Below, one piece after another: positions 20,086-29,457 of a DNA stretch of 64,000 bases. The position numbers and the translations under genes are program-made. Under the pieces are notes generated by a model. That model made no database searches. It was not told the DNA's origin and was given only the letters and a program-made list of their open reading frames with translations. Origin of the DNA: Actinomycetota bacterium (GTDB taxonomy: Bacteria > Actinomycetota > Acidimicrobiia > Spongiisociales > UBA4744). The stretch lies in assembly GCA_013152275.1 (NCBI GenBank), contig JAADGS010000018.1, positions 80,136 through 144,135 on the forward strand, given 5' to 3'. Every line of letters starts with the position of its first letter. Positions within the stretch are counted from its first letter, which is position 1.

Positions 20086-20414
20086 GATGTCCTCATTGTC
20101 TTTGCGGCTGATCGGGGCAGGTCTGAACACTCATGTCGAGATACGGGGACGCATCATAACGAGTGACATGCGAGGTTCCTCTCGAAGATGCACCAAGGTG
20201 CGCCTCGATGTGGCAGTCGTTGGTGACGGCGGTGGTCTCGACGCAGACTTCACGGAGGAGGGCTTGGAGGCTGTGGCCTAGAACGACCGATAACGAGTGG
20301 TGACGCGACAACACGTGACACGACCCCGACCGCAGGATCTCACCGGCTTCATGCCGGATTCTCATGTCCTTTTCATAGAGCCCGCGTATGTTTGAAGAAG
20401 TGAAGGAGGTATTC

Positions 20415-20711
20415 ATGTTGGCCGCAACGACACTCGCGCAGCCCATCAGACTCGGGTTCGATCGCATGGGAGACTGGGGTTGGGGTTGGACCTGGGGGGC
20501 AGCGGTCTTCATGGGCATGCTGGCCGCATTGTTCATCGCCCTGCTCGTCTGGTTCGTCGTCTCGATGGCCGGTCGGCGTGACGACACGAGCACGCCCTCG
20601 GCGCCGTCCGCTTCGCCATCGCGCGCGAGGGCGGTGCTCGACGAGCGGTACGCCAAGGGTGAGATCGATCGAGACGAGTACCTGCAACGCAAGGCCGATC
20701 TCGAAAGCTGA
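20415..20711 (+). CDS. SHOCT domain membrane protein
   Basis: AAGGAGG RBS; TM helix; AVLDERYAKGEIDRDEY. Confidence 0.85.
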   Translation: MLAATTLAQPIRLGFDRMGDWGWGWTWGAAVFMGMLAALFIALLVWFVVSMAGRRDDTSTPSAPSASPSRARAVLDERYAKGEIDRDEYLQRKADLES

Positions 20712-20806
20712 TTCGACATCGTGGGTGGGCGGCGTTTCGCCCACCCACGAGCCGTTTGGAGCGTCGCCGTCGTGTCGCAGACATGTGTCGGCGGCGCCGC
20801 CGTCGA

Positions 20807-21661
20807 TCATGCTTCGGTGGGCGACGACGTGCTCTCGGCTCGAGGCTTGCTCGCCACGAAGCGAACGCTCGACACGTTGCCGGCGAGCGCTTCGAGAGTC
20901 TCCGTGGATCGTTGCTCGCAGCAGCCGGATGCCGCTTCGGGAAGGTCAGAGTCGATGATGGCGGCAATCTGGGTTGCGTCATACGTGAGCCGATCTGCGA
21001 CGTGTACGTCGTCGAGGCCGGCGTCCTGGAGCCCAAGGAGGTAGTCGTGTTCGCCGATCGCCCCTCCGACGCACGAGCAGTAGAGAACCGGATCGTCACG
21101 AACCCAGTCAGGGAGGTCTTCGACCACGAGGTCGGACACGGACATGCGACCCCCGGGCTTGAGGACTCGAGCGATCTCCGCGAACACGTTCTCTTTCTCG
21201 GGTGAAAGGTTGATCACGCAGTTCGAGATGACCCAGTCGACCGAGTCGCCGTCCACCGGGAGGTCCTCGATGATGCCTTTGCGGACCTCCACGTTCGTGA
21301 GTCCGGACGCCGCGATGTTCTCGCGTGCCTTGGCGATCATCGCATCGGTCATGTCGATGCCGATCACGTGACCGGTGGGACCGACCTTCTTGGCGGCAAG
21401 AAGGAGATCGATGCCGGCTCCGGACCCCAGGTCCACAACGACGTCGCCGGGTTTGAGATCGGCGAGCGCGACCGGGTTGCCGCAGCCGAACGAGTTGGCG
21501 ACCGCTTCCGGGGGGAGATCCCGCAGTTCCGATTCTTCATAGCCTGCGAGCTGGGCCGTGACCCCTCTGGAGGTCGGTTCGCCACAGCAACCGCCGGTTC
21601 TCGCCACGGCGTCTGCATAGGCCTTGGACACTTGCCGGCGTGTGGTCTCGACATCAGACAT
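20807..21661 (-). CDS. arsM: Arsenite S-adenosylmethionine methyltransferase
   Basis: GCC, SFGCGNP, VDLGSGAGID, ISNCVINLSP, CSCVGGA conserved Cys motifs. Confidence 0.88.
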   Translation of the reverse strand: MSDVETTRRQVSKAYADAVARTGGCCGEPTSRGVTAQLAGYEESELRDLPPEAVANSFGCGNPVALADLKPGDVVVDLGSGAGIDLLLAAKKVGPTGHVIGIDMTDAMIAKARENIAASGLTNVEVRKGIIEDLPVDGDSVDWVISNCVINLSPEKENVFAEIARVLKPGGRMSVSDLVVEDLPDWVRDDPVLYCSCVGGAIGEHDYLLGLQDAGLDDVHVADRLTYDATQIAAIIDSDLPEAASGCCEQRSTETLEALAGNVSSVRFVASKPRAESTSSPTEA

Positions 21662-22034
21662 CGGATTCCCTCTCTTTGTCGTGTGTGCTCTTGGGACTGC
21701 AGCAGGCCTCGAGCGCGTCGGCGATCGACCGAAGGTTCGCGGCGAGTTCCGCGTAGGGGACCGAATAGAAGACCTCTCGTCCCCGTTTCTCCGCGATGAG
21801 AACGCCCGCGTCGCGCATGGTGGCCAGATGCCGGGACACGACCGACAGGTCGACGGGGCAACAGCCGGCGGCCTCCGAGACCGTGGACGGTTCACCTTCG
21901 GTCGACAGCGTCACCAGCAAGAGGATCCGGTTGGGATCGCTCAGTGCCTTGAAGAGCTCGGGTCGCAGCACCTCTTGGAGGCGGTCGCCGTTGCAGCACG
22001 CTGCGTCGGTTTGGTCATTGCATACTTGCGTCAC
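21654..22034 (-). CDS. arsR: ArsR/SmtB family repressor
   Basis: FKALSDPNRI; SVVSRHLA; EKRGREVFY; three CC pairs; GTG start inferred. Confidence 0.85.
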   Translation of the reverse strand: MTQVCNDQTDAACCNGDRLQEVLRPELFKALSDPNRILLLVTLSTEGEPSTVSEAAGCCPVDLSVVSRHLATMRDAGVLIAEKRGREVFYSVPYAELAANLRSIADALEACCSPKSTHDKERESDV

Positions 22035-22047
22035 AATGCAAAGATTA
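22018..22047 (-). promoter_or_regulatory. arsR leaderless promoter (-10 TAATCT) with palindromic operator TTGCAT-N12-ATGCAA
   Basis: TAATCT 7 nt before GTG; inverted repeat spans the start codon. Confidence 0.5.
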
Positions 22048-22169
22048 GTCGAGATCGGTAGAAATGCAACTGCGCCGGTCGTCGACGCTCGTCTCGCGGG
22101 GTGTGGCCCGGTCCTGGGGCCGGTGCACGAATGTTCGTACAGCAGGCCGAGGACGCTAGGTTTGCCTGG

Positions 22170-23081
22170 ATGCCCAGCCTGATCGAGACCTCGGGACTCA
22201 CACACCGCTTCGGTGATGTGGTGGCGCTCGCCGACCTGAGCCTCGAGGTTCCTTCCGGCAGGATCGGTCTGGTTGGAGCCAACGGCGCAGGCAAGACGAC
22301 GCTCATCCGCATCCTGCTCGGCATGCTCACCCCGACGCGGGGCGGCGCTCGGGTGCTCGGCCTCGACGTGCGACACGACGCCCTCGCGCTGCGTTCTCGT
22401 GTCGGGTACATGCCCGAAGGGGCATGTCTTCCCGCGGCGCAGACCGCAGCCGATTTCGTCGCCTTCGCCGCGGAGCTCGCGGGGATCCCTGCCTCGGACT
22501 CGCGGCGCCGTGCGTCCGAGATCCTGTTTCTCGTCGGGTTGCACGAGGAGCGATTCCGCTACCTGGGCGACTTCTCGACCGGCATGCTGCAACGGGTGAA
22601 GCTGGCGCAGGCCATCGTCCACGATCCAGAGGTGACGTTTCTCGATGAACCGGCCGCCGGGCTCGATCCTGAAGGCAGGGAGCACATGCTCGAGTTGATC
22701 ATCCGGCTTGGAGAGTTCGGGATCAGTGTCGTGTATTCGTCGCACATCCTCGCCGACGTCGAGCGGACCTGCGACTGGGTCGTCATGCTCGACGGCGGCC
22801 GACTGGTGCGCTCCGGACCTATCGCGGGGATGGGGAGCGAAGACGCTCTGACGGTCGAGGTTCTGGACGCTCCGGAGGCCTTCGTCCGTTGGCTACGCGA
22901 GCGCGGTGCAGAGGCGGACGCCGCCGGGAGATCGGTCCGAGTCCGGTTCGATGGTGACCCGCTCAACCTGGTGCGGGACGGCCTTGCCGCCACAGGCACG
23001 GGGGTGCACCGGATGGGCCGACGGGCCAGAACCCTCGAAGACGCGTTCATCGAGGATGCTCGACCTCGGGAGACGACGTGA
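22170..23081 (+). CDS. ABC exporter ATP-binding protein
   Basis: GANGAGKTT; FSTGMLQR; FLDEPAAG. Confidence 0.9.
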   Translation: MPSLIETSGLTHRFGDVVALADLSLEVPSGRIGLVGANGAGKTTLIRILLGMLTPTRGGARVLGLDVRHDALALRSRVGYMPEGACLPAAQTAADFVAFAAELAGIPASDSRRRASEILFLVGLHEERFRYLGDFSTGMLQRVKLAQAIVHDPEVTFLDEPAAGLDPEGREHMLELIIRLGEFGISVVYSSHILADVERTCDWVVMLDGGRLVRSGPIAGMGSEDALTVEVLDAPEAFVRWLRERGAEADAAGRSVRVRFDGDPLNLVRDGLAATGTGVHRMGRRARTLEDAFIEDARPRETT

Positions 23082-23971
23082 GCGACGCCGTCATCGTCGA
23101 TCGCGGGTACCGGAGCTATGAGGGGCCACGGCTCGGTCGTAGAGGTGCGATCGCGGCGATCGTGCGCGAGAGCATGCGCCGGGCGCTCGGCCTGCGCCGG
23201 AAGGCGAGGCGCAAGATCCTTCCCTGGTCGCTCATCGCGATGGCGATCATCTCCGTCGCGGCACTCGTCGGTCTGCACTGGGCGGCCGCGCGCGTCGGCA
23301 TCGGAGGGATCGTCGCCTCCCGGCTCCCAGGGTACGGGCAGTACTTCGACATCATCTCCAGGATCGCGTTGCTGTTCATCGCGTTCATCACCCCCCAACT
23401 TCTGGCTCCCGATCGCCGCGAAGGTGTGCTCGCCGTCTATTTTTCGCGCCCGCTGCGTCCCGTCGACTACCTGGGCGCCAAGTTCGCGGCGCTCGGGATC
23501 CTCGTCATGGGGTTCTACGTCGTACCCGAGTTCGTGTTCCACATCTCGCTCGCGACGCTCGATCCGGAAGGGTTCTTCCCGTACCTGGGAGCCAATCTCG
23601 ACGTGCTGTGGCAGGTCGCCTTCGTGGCGTTCGTCTATTCCATCGCCTATATCTCGGTCGCGTTCGCCGTGGCTGCGTTCGTTCCGCGTACCGGTCTCGC
23701 GGCGGGCGTGTTCCTCGGGATCATGATCATCCTGAACCAGATCGTTGCTGCCATCGTCGAATTGGGTACCTTCCCCGGCTCTCGGTATGTCGCCCTGCTG
23801 GCGCTCGAGGAGCATCCTCGGATCGTGCGAGATTGGGTGTTCGGCATCACCACGGGCGAGTACACCCCACGTGTGGCCGGGTTCGATCCGTGGGTCTCGC
23901 TCGCCGTCGTGGGGGCTCTCTTCGTACTGGTCGCCGTCGGGGTGTCGGAACGCTATCGGAGATTGACGTGA
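23078..23971 (+). CDS. ABC-2 type permease
   Basis: 6 TM; DRREGVLAVYFSRPL; GTGA coupling. Confidence 0.85.
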   Translation: MSDAVIVDRGYRSYEGPRLGRRGAIAAIVRESMRRALGLRRKARRKILPWSLIAMAIISVAALVGLHWAAARVGIGGIVASRLPGYGQYFDIISRIALLFIAFITPQLLAPDRREGVLAVYFSRPLRPVDYLGAKFAALGILVMGFYVVPEFVFHISLATLDPEGFFPYLGANLDVLWQVAFVAFVYSIAYISVAFAVAAFVPRTGLAAGVFLGIMIILNQIVAAIVELGTFPGSRYVALLALEEHPRIVRDWVFGITTGEYTPRVAGFDPWVSLAVVGALFVLVAVGVSERYRRLT

Positions 23972-24906
23972 GTGATCCGCTGTCGCCGTCCGGCCTCACC
24001 GTCGAGGCCCGGGATCTCTCGAGGTGGTTCGGGCAGAAGGTCGCCGTATCGGAGGTGACCTGCGGGTTCGGTCCAGGGGTCACGGGCCTGTTGGGCCCCA
24101 ACGGGGCAGGCAAGACGACCTTGCTGCGTATGCTCACCGGTCTCATTCGTCCATCGGATGGTGAGGTTCGGCTTCTCGGTGTCGACCCGCGATCCCGACC
24201 GGACGTCTATCGACAGGTTGCGCTCGTCCCCGAGGACGAGACCGTTCACGGGTTCCTTACTGCGCGCCAGTTCGTCCAGTTCAACGCCACGCTCCAGCGC
24301 CTGGCAGATCCGGCGTCGGCCGCCGGCAGGGCCTTGGAGCAGGTTGAACTGTCGGAGGTGGCCGACAGGCGTCTGGCGACGTTCTCCAAAGGCATGCGTC
24401 AGCGGGCCAAGGTGGCCGCCATGCTCGTGCACGAGCCTCACGTGCTGTTTCTCGACGAGCCGCTCAACGGGACGGACCCGGTGCAGCGCGCGCACCTGAT
24501 GCGGCTCTTCGTCGAACTCGGTGAACAGGGCAAGACCGTCATCGTGTCCTCCCACGTGCTCGGCGAAGTGGAGCGGATGGCGGATCGGGTCATAGCGATG
24601 ATCGACGGTCGTGTGGCGGGAGCCGGGACGGTCCCCGCACTGCGGGATGCGATGTCCGACATTCCCAGGAGGTTGCGAGTCGGTTGCGACCGCCCTCGAG
24701 TCCTCGCCGCGGCGCTCGTTGCGCACGAGTCCGTGGGTGGTGTCACCGTCGAGGGAGAGGATCTGCTCGGAGTCGAAGCGCTGGACTCCGAGGCGCTTGG
24801 CCGGGCACTGCCGCGTATCGCCGTCGATGCGGACGTGCGGCTGATCTCGGTGGAACCACAGGACGAATCGCTCGAGAGCACGTTTCGATACCTGGTGAGC
24901 CGATGA
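23968..24906 (+). CDS. ABC exporter ATP-binding protein
   Basis: GPNGAGKTT; FSKGMRQR; FLDEPLNG. Confidence 0.9.
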   Translation: MSDPLSPSGLTVEARDLSRWFGQKVAVSEVTCGFGPGVTGLLGPNGAGKTTLLRMLTGLIRPSDGEVRLLGVDPRSRPDVYRQVALVPEDETVHGFLTARQFVQFNATLQRLADPASAAGRALEQVELSEVADRRLATFSKGMRQRAKVAAMLVHEPHVLFLDEPLNGTDPVQRAHLMRLFVELGEQGKTVIVSSHVLGEVERMADRVIAMIDGRVAGAGTVPALRDAMSDIPRRLRVGCDRPRVLAAALVAHESVGGVTVEGEDLLGVEALDSEALGRALPRIAVDADVRLISVEPQDESLESTFRYLVSR

Positions 24907-25646
24907 AGGTCTTCTCGGCCATCTGCATGGTCACGTTGCGCGGGTTGATGAGCCGCCGGCGGGTCACCGGCCTGCTCTTGCTGACCGTGCTCCCGGCGAT
25001 CATCGTCGCGCTGGTCGGCAAGGGTGCAGGCGACCCCGAGCAGTTGACCCGGGGGTTGACGGTGGGCGTTCTCTTGGCTGTGGCGATTCCGGTGGTTGCC
25101 CTCGTCAACTCGTCCGCCGCGCTCGGTGACCCGCGACGTGAGCATCTGCTGCCGTTCCTGACGCTGAAACCGATTCCACGATCGGTCATCGCCGGCGCGG
25201 TATTCGTCGGTTCGGTCGTTGCGACGCTCGGCATCGGAGGAGTTGGTGTTGCGGCCCTGTGGCTCGCCGGTGGCTGGGTGACCGGTTCCTGGAGCATCGG
25301 CCTGCCTGCGGCCGTCGCGCTGGTCGTATCCGCCCTCTCTTACGGGGCGGTGTTCATCCCGGTCGGGTACCTGTTCAGGAGAGGAACACTGATCGGTCTG
25401 ATCTACCTGTTCTTCTGGGAGGCGATCCTGGCCTCGGCCGTCACCACCCTGGCGGCATCGTCGCTGTGGCGAATCGGGCTGTCCGCGTATCTCGGGTTGG
25501 TGGCCGAGCCTGCTCAGGAGTTCGTGGACCTGCTCGGCACCGTGCAGGCGGGCGTCGGTGGTGCGTTCGCCAAGGCAGGCGTGCTCGTCGTCATATCTCT
25601 CGTGCTGACGACGTGGCTGCTGCGAAGCCGGGATCAGGTGGTGTAG
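24903..25646 (+). CDS. ABC-2 type permease
   Basis: 6 TM; FLTLKPIPR; ATGA coupling. Confidence 0.82.
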   Translation: MKVFSAICMVTLRGLMSRRRVTGLLLLTVLPAIIVALVGKGAGDPEQLTRGLTVGVLLAVAIPVVALVNSSAALGDPRREHLLPFLTLKPIPRSVIAGAVFVGSVVATLGIGGVGVAALWLAGGWVTGSWSIGLPAAVALVVSALSYGAVFIPVGYLFRRGTLIGLIYLFFWEAILASAVTTLAASSLWRIGLSAYLGLVAEPAQEFVDLLGTVQAGVGGAFAKAGVLVVISLVLTTWLLRSRDQVV

Positions 25647-25665
25647 CCGGCACCTGCAGTTCGGC

Positions 25666-26436
25666 TCAAGCCGGCTGCCGACCGTGGCTACGGCCGAGCA
25701 GATACGTTGCCGTGGCGACCCCGGCCGCACCCGCGACCGCGGTCGTCGTGCCGATCACCCGTTTCGCCGTTCTGGAGAACTCGATGATCGGCCACCCTCG
25801 GTGATAGGCGATTGATTCGAGTGCCCGATCGGGATTGACGGCGACGGGATGTCCGACCAGCTCCAGCATCGGGAGATCGGAGACCGAATCCGAGTAGGCG
25901 TAGCACAGGCGCAGGTCGTAGCCCCGCTCGGACGCCAGCTTCGAGACGGCGGTCGCCTTTCCCTTTCCGTAGCAGAACGGCTCCGACAGCCGCCCGGTGT
26001 AGACACCGTCGGAGATCTCCGAGACGGTGCCGATCCCGCCGGTCATGCCGATCGCCTGCGCGAACTCGCGGACGATCTCGATCGGAGAAGCGGACACGAT
26101 ATAGGTGTCCCTGCCGGCTTCGTCGTGCAGATCGATGAGCGCCTGAGACTCTCTTCGGACCGCTTCGAGGAGCTGTGCGATCACCTCGTCGCCGATGTCC
26201 TCCACTGCGGTGACCGGTTTTCCCTTGATCGCCTCGAGGATCCTGTCACGAACGGCGTCCGCCTTCTCGTCCGAGGAACCCCCAAACCGGAAGAGGACGG
26301 CGTTGACGGCATCGCCGAAGAGCTGGTTGGTCGTGACCATGCCGTGGCGCCACGCTGCCATCCCGAAGGCGAACACCGAAGACCCCGAGATCAGCGTTCT
26401 GTCGAGGTCGAAGAATGCGGCTGCCGCGTCGTCCAT
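25666..26436 (-). CDS. HAD-IB family hydrolase (SerB-like)
   Basis: FFDLDRTL; IVSAS; AYSDSVSDLPML; AVNPD. Confidence 0.9.
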   Translation of the reverse strand: MDDAAAAFFDLDRTLISGSSVFAFGMAAWRHGMVTTNQLFGDAVNAVLFRFGGSSDEKADAVRDRILEAIKGKPVTAVEDIGDEVIAQLLEAVRRESQALIDLHDEAGRDTYIVSASPIEIVREFAQAIGMTGGIGTVSEISDGVYTGRLSEPFCYGKGKATAVSKLASERGYDLRLCYAYSDSVSDLPMLELVGHPVAVNPDRALESIAYHRGWPIIEFSRTAKRVIGTTTAVAGAAGVATATYLLGRSHGRQPA

Positions 26437-26472
26437 GCGCCGAGGCTATCACGCGGACGCTACGCTAGACCC

Positions 26473-27516
26473 GTGGCTGCAGAAGAAGAACGTATCGCCC
26501 TGTTTCTGGACTACGAGAACCTGGCCATTGGCGCCAGGGACATCGGCCTCCAATTCGACTTCAAACCGATCGCCGACGCCCTCGCCGAGCGCGGGAGGGT
26601 GGTGGTGCGGAAGGCGTATGCGGAATGGTCGGCCTTTCCGGACGACCGCCGCATGTTGACACGGCACAACGTAGAGCTCACCGAGATCCCACAGCGCCTC
26701 GGCGCCGTGCGCAAGAACGCCGCCGACATCAAGATGGCCGTCGACGCGATCGAACTCGCATTCGAGAGGGGATACCTGACGACGTTCGTTCTCGGGACGG
26801 GGGACAGTGACTTCACCCCGCTCGTTCACAAACTGCGGTCGCTCAACAAGCAGGTCATCGGCGTCGGCGTCAAGGGGTCCACATCCGCCCTCCTGCCTCC
26901 TGCATGCGACGAGTTCCTCTTCTACGAACGGCTCAAGGGAGTCGAATCACCACGGCCCCGCAGGAAGAGCGTCGTCCGGGAAGAGAAGCCGGTGGAGATC
27001 GAGACCGAGACCGAGACCGGTGAGAACGGTTCCATCGAAGATCTGATCACGTTGGTCACCCAGACGCTCGCAGGGCTGCAGAGCACGTCGGGTGGCGCCG
27101 TCGTCGCGTCGAGTCTCAAGCGGGCGATACTCCGCAAGGACCCGACGTTCTCCGAGTCGGACTTCGGGTTCAGAGGATTCGGCGAGCTGTTGCGTCACCT
27201 CGAATCGAGGAACGCGATCGAGTTGGGGGAGGGTCCGGCGAAGGGTGACCCCGTCGTCAGTTTCACGACCGAAGGCAAGGGGGAGGAAGAGGCCTTCGGT
27301 CTGCTGCGTCAGGTCGTGCTCGAACTCGAGAGCGGAGGGGGCCCTCCACTGTTGTCCGGACTGAAGAACCAGATGCGCAAACGAAGCCCCGGTTTCTCGG
27401 AGAAACGCTACGGCTTCAGCGGCTTCCTCCAGTTCTGCAAGGCCGCTCGCACCCGTGGCATCATCGATCTGCGCTGGGACGACGACGCAGGCGACTACGT
27501 GGTGAGCTCACGATGA
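26473..27516 (+). CDS. NYN (LabA/DUF88) domain protein with two OST-HTH/LOTUS domains
   Basis: LFLDYEN; KNAADIKMAVDA; TGDSDF; FSESDFGFRGF and FSEKRYGFSGF repeats. Confidence 0.88.
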   Translation: MAAEEERIALFLDYENLAIGARDIGLQFDFKPIADALAERGRVVVRKAYAEWSAFPDDRRMLTRHNVELTEIPQRLGAVRKNAADIKMAVDAIELAFERGYLTTFVLGTGDSDFTPLVHKLRSLNKQVIGVGVKGSTSALLPPACDEFLFYERLKGVESPRPRRKSVVREEKPVEIETETETGENGSIEDLITLVTQTLAGLQSTSGGAVVASSLKRAILRKDPTFSESDFGFRGFGELLRHLESRNAIELGEGPAKGDPVVSFTTEGKGEEEAFGLLRQVVLELESGGGPPLLSGLKNQMRKRSPGFSEKRYGFSGFLQFCKAARTRGIIDLRWDDDAGDYVVSSR

Positions 27517-27519
27517 GAA

Positions 27520-27539
27520 GCGGGCCCGTGAAGGCCCGC
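27520..27539. terminator. Hairpin between convergent genes (probable bidirectional terminator)
   Basis: GCGGGCC-cgtgaa-GGCCCGC. Confidence 0.55.
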
Positions 27540-27563
27540 CACCCATCTGTCGATCTGAGCTGA

Positions 27564-28922
27564 TTACGGCCAGATGCCGCGGTGGGAGGCGGCGGTGGCA
27601 CACCTACCTGCAGCCACGATGTACGCAGCGGTCCTCAGGTGGGGATAGGGGACTTCTTCTCCCGGATGGGATTGCGACCATACGGCGCGAGTCTCCTCGA
27701 TTCCCTCCTGAACGTCGGCCAGGGTCGAGATGACTTTGTCCGTTGCCCGGTACATCTTCTTGCGGAGCTTCGCGTGGACCTCTTCCTCGTCCCACTGCTG
27801 GTCTTCGATGTTCTGCACCCACTCGTAGTACGAGACGACGACGCCGCCCGCGTTGGCCAAGATGTCGGGCAGGATGGGGATTCCCTTCGCTGCAAGGACT
27901 TCGTCGGCCGTCGGTGTCGTGGGGCCGTTGGCGGCTTCCACGACGACCTTGGCGTTGATCCGATCCGCGTTCGCTGCGGTGATCTGATTCTCGAGTGCGG
28001 CCGGAATCAGGATGTCGCACGGTACTTCGAGCACTTCCAGCGGCGCGAGCGCCTTCGTCCCGTCGAGCTCGACGACACTGCCGGTGCGGTCCTTGTGCTC
28101 TTCGACACGAGCTATGTCCAGGCCGTTGGGGTCGAAGATCCCACCCTTCGAGTCGCTCACCGCAACGATGGTGGCTCCGGCGCGTTCGAACAAGATCGCC
28201 GCATTGCGACCGGCGTTGCCGAATCCCTGGATCGCCACCGTCGCTCCTTTGAGCGAGGCGAGGTCGGGCCGTCCGCCGAGATGGAGGAACCGCTCGGTCA
28301 CGAACAAGGCTCCCTGTGCGGTGGCCGTCGGGCGCCCGAGTGAACCACCGAGGTCGAGCGGCTTTCCGGTCACGACCGGCCGGTTGTTCTGTCCGGGGTG
28401 CATCATCGAGTACGTGTCGAAGATCCACGCCATGGTTTGGGCGTCGGTGTAGACGTCGGGTGCGGGGATGTCCGTGTACGGGCCGATGTTCGAGCCGAGG
28501 GCGGCGATGAAGCGGCGGGTGATGGAAGCCTTCTCGTGTTGGGAGATCTTGCGGGGATCGACCTGCACGCCACCCTTTGCGCCGCCGAACGGAATGTCGA
28601 CGAGGGCGCATTTGAGCGTCATCCAGGCTGCCAGCGCCCGGACCTCGTCTTCACTCACCTGGGGGTGGAAACGGATGCCTCCCTTCCCGGGACCGCGGAC
28701 CGCCGAGTTGAGCACCCGGTAGCCGTAGAACACTTCAATGTGACCGTCATCCATGCGAATGGGCAAGGTCACGTTGACCGACTGCTCCGGTTCGAACAGC
28801 CACTCGGTCAGGCCGGGGGACTCAGCCAGTTCCCGTATGTACGGGATCACCTGCTCGAACTGATGTCGAGCAATGTGGTTCGGGTTGAGGTCCTCTACGA
28901 GGGCGCGCTCGGGCGCTGTCAT
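27564..28922 (-). CDS. gdhA: Glu/Leu/Phe/Val dehydrogenase (glutamate dehydrogenase)
   Basis: GPGKGGIRFH; FGGAKGG; DIPAPD; VTGKP; QGFGNAG; EAANGP; NAGGV. Confidence 0.92.
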   Translation of the reverse strand: MTAPERALVEDLNPNHIARHQFEQVIPYIRELAESPGLTEWLFEPEQSVNVTLPIRMDDGHIEVFYGYRVLNSAVRGPGKGGIRFHPQVSEDEVRALAAWMTLKCALVDIPFGGAKGGVQVDPRKISQHEKASITRRFIAALGSNIGPYTDIPAPDVYTDAQTMAWIFDTYSMMHPGQNNRPVVTGKPLDLGGSLGRPTATAQGALFVTERFLHLGGRPDLASLKGATVAIQGFGNAGRNAAILFERAGATIVAVSDSKGGIFDPNGLDIARVEEHKDRTGSVVELDGTKALAPLEVLEVPCDILIPAALENQITAANADRINAKVVVEAANGPTTPTADEVLAAKGIPILPDILANAGGVVVSYYEWVQNIEDQQWDEEEVHAKLRKKMYRATDKVISTLADVQEGIEETRAVWSQSHPGEEVPYPHLRTAAYIVAAGRCATAASHRGIWP

Positions 28923-29181
28923 GGTGTCTCCTCTGGACATGCCGGCTTTGGGTGTGCGCAAGGAATGCCCCTGCGGTGGAGCGTGGTCTCGGTTCGAGCC
29001 GGCTGGTGCGATCCCGGACCTGGCACGCCGGGAAGTCTACGTTGTCGAGATGGAAAAGTCACTATGAATACCCCCTGGCGAAGTGGCCGATCGGTGGTCT
29101 CGTGATCACATGCGAGCCGCCCGAACCGCGCTTCTTCCAGGCGACGTTCCCAACGACCGCGGGTCGACCCTCGAGAGGACG

Positions 29182-29446
29182 AATACTGCGAGTCGTGGGA
29201 GCCCGCCGAGTGGGGCAGGGCGCACCGCTCGATGGTGCGCCGGGGGGATTGGTCAGGGGGTTCGGCTTCCGACTTTCGGCGGCCGGCGACAGCCGCGACG
29301 CCCGCCCCACGGGCTCACTTCGTCGTGAAATCGCGATGCGAGGCACGAAGCACCGTGCACCTCGGACCTGGTACTTCGTGGCCCGTGCGGGTCGCGAAGC
29401 AGGCTCCCAAGAGGCCGAATACTGCGGATCGTCGACTCGCAGTATT
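29182..29446. other. Structured intergenic element bounded by 14-bp inverted repeats (candidate ncRNA/MITE)
   Basis: AATACTGCGAGTCG/CGACTCGCAGTATT plus nested stems; see findings. Confidence 0.5.
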
Positions 29447-29457
29447 GTTGAGCAGTC

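Noticed and set aside
20168..20281. Short ORF ending EEGLEAVA as possible transposase tail
   Set aside because: No recognisable motif or terminal repeats
29200..29457. Fluoride or c-di-AMP riboswitch before clc
   Set aside because: Could not match the conserved cores by eye; the CLC lacks fluoride-type motifs
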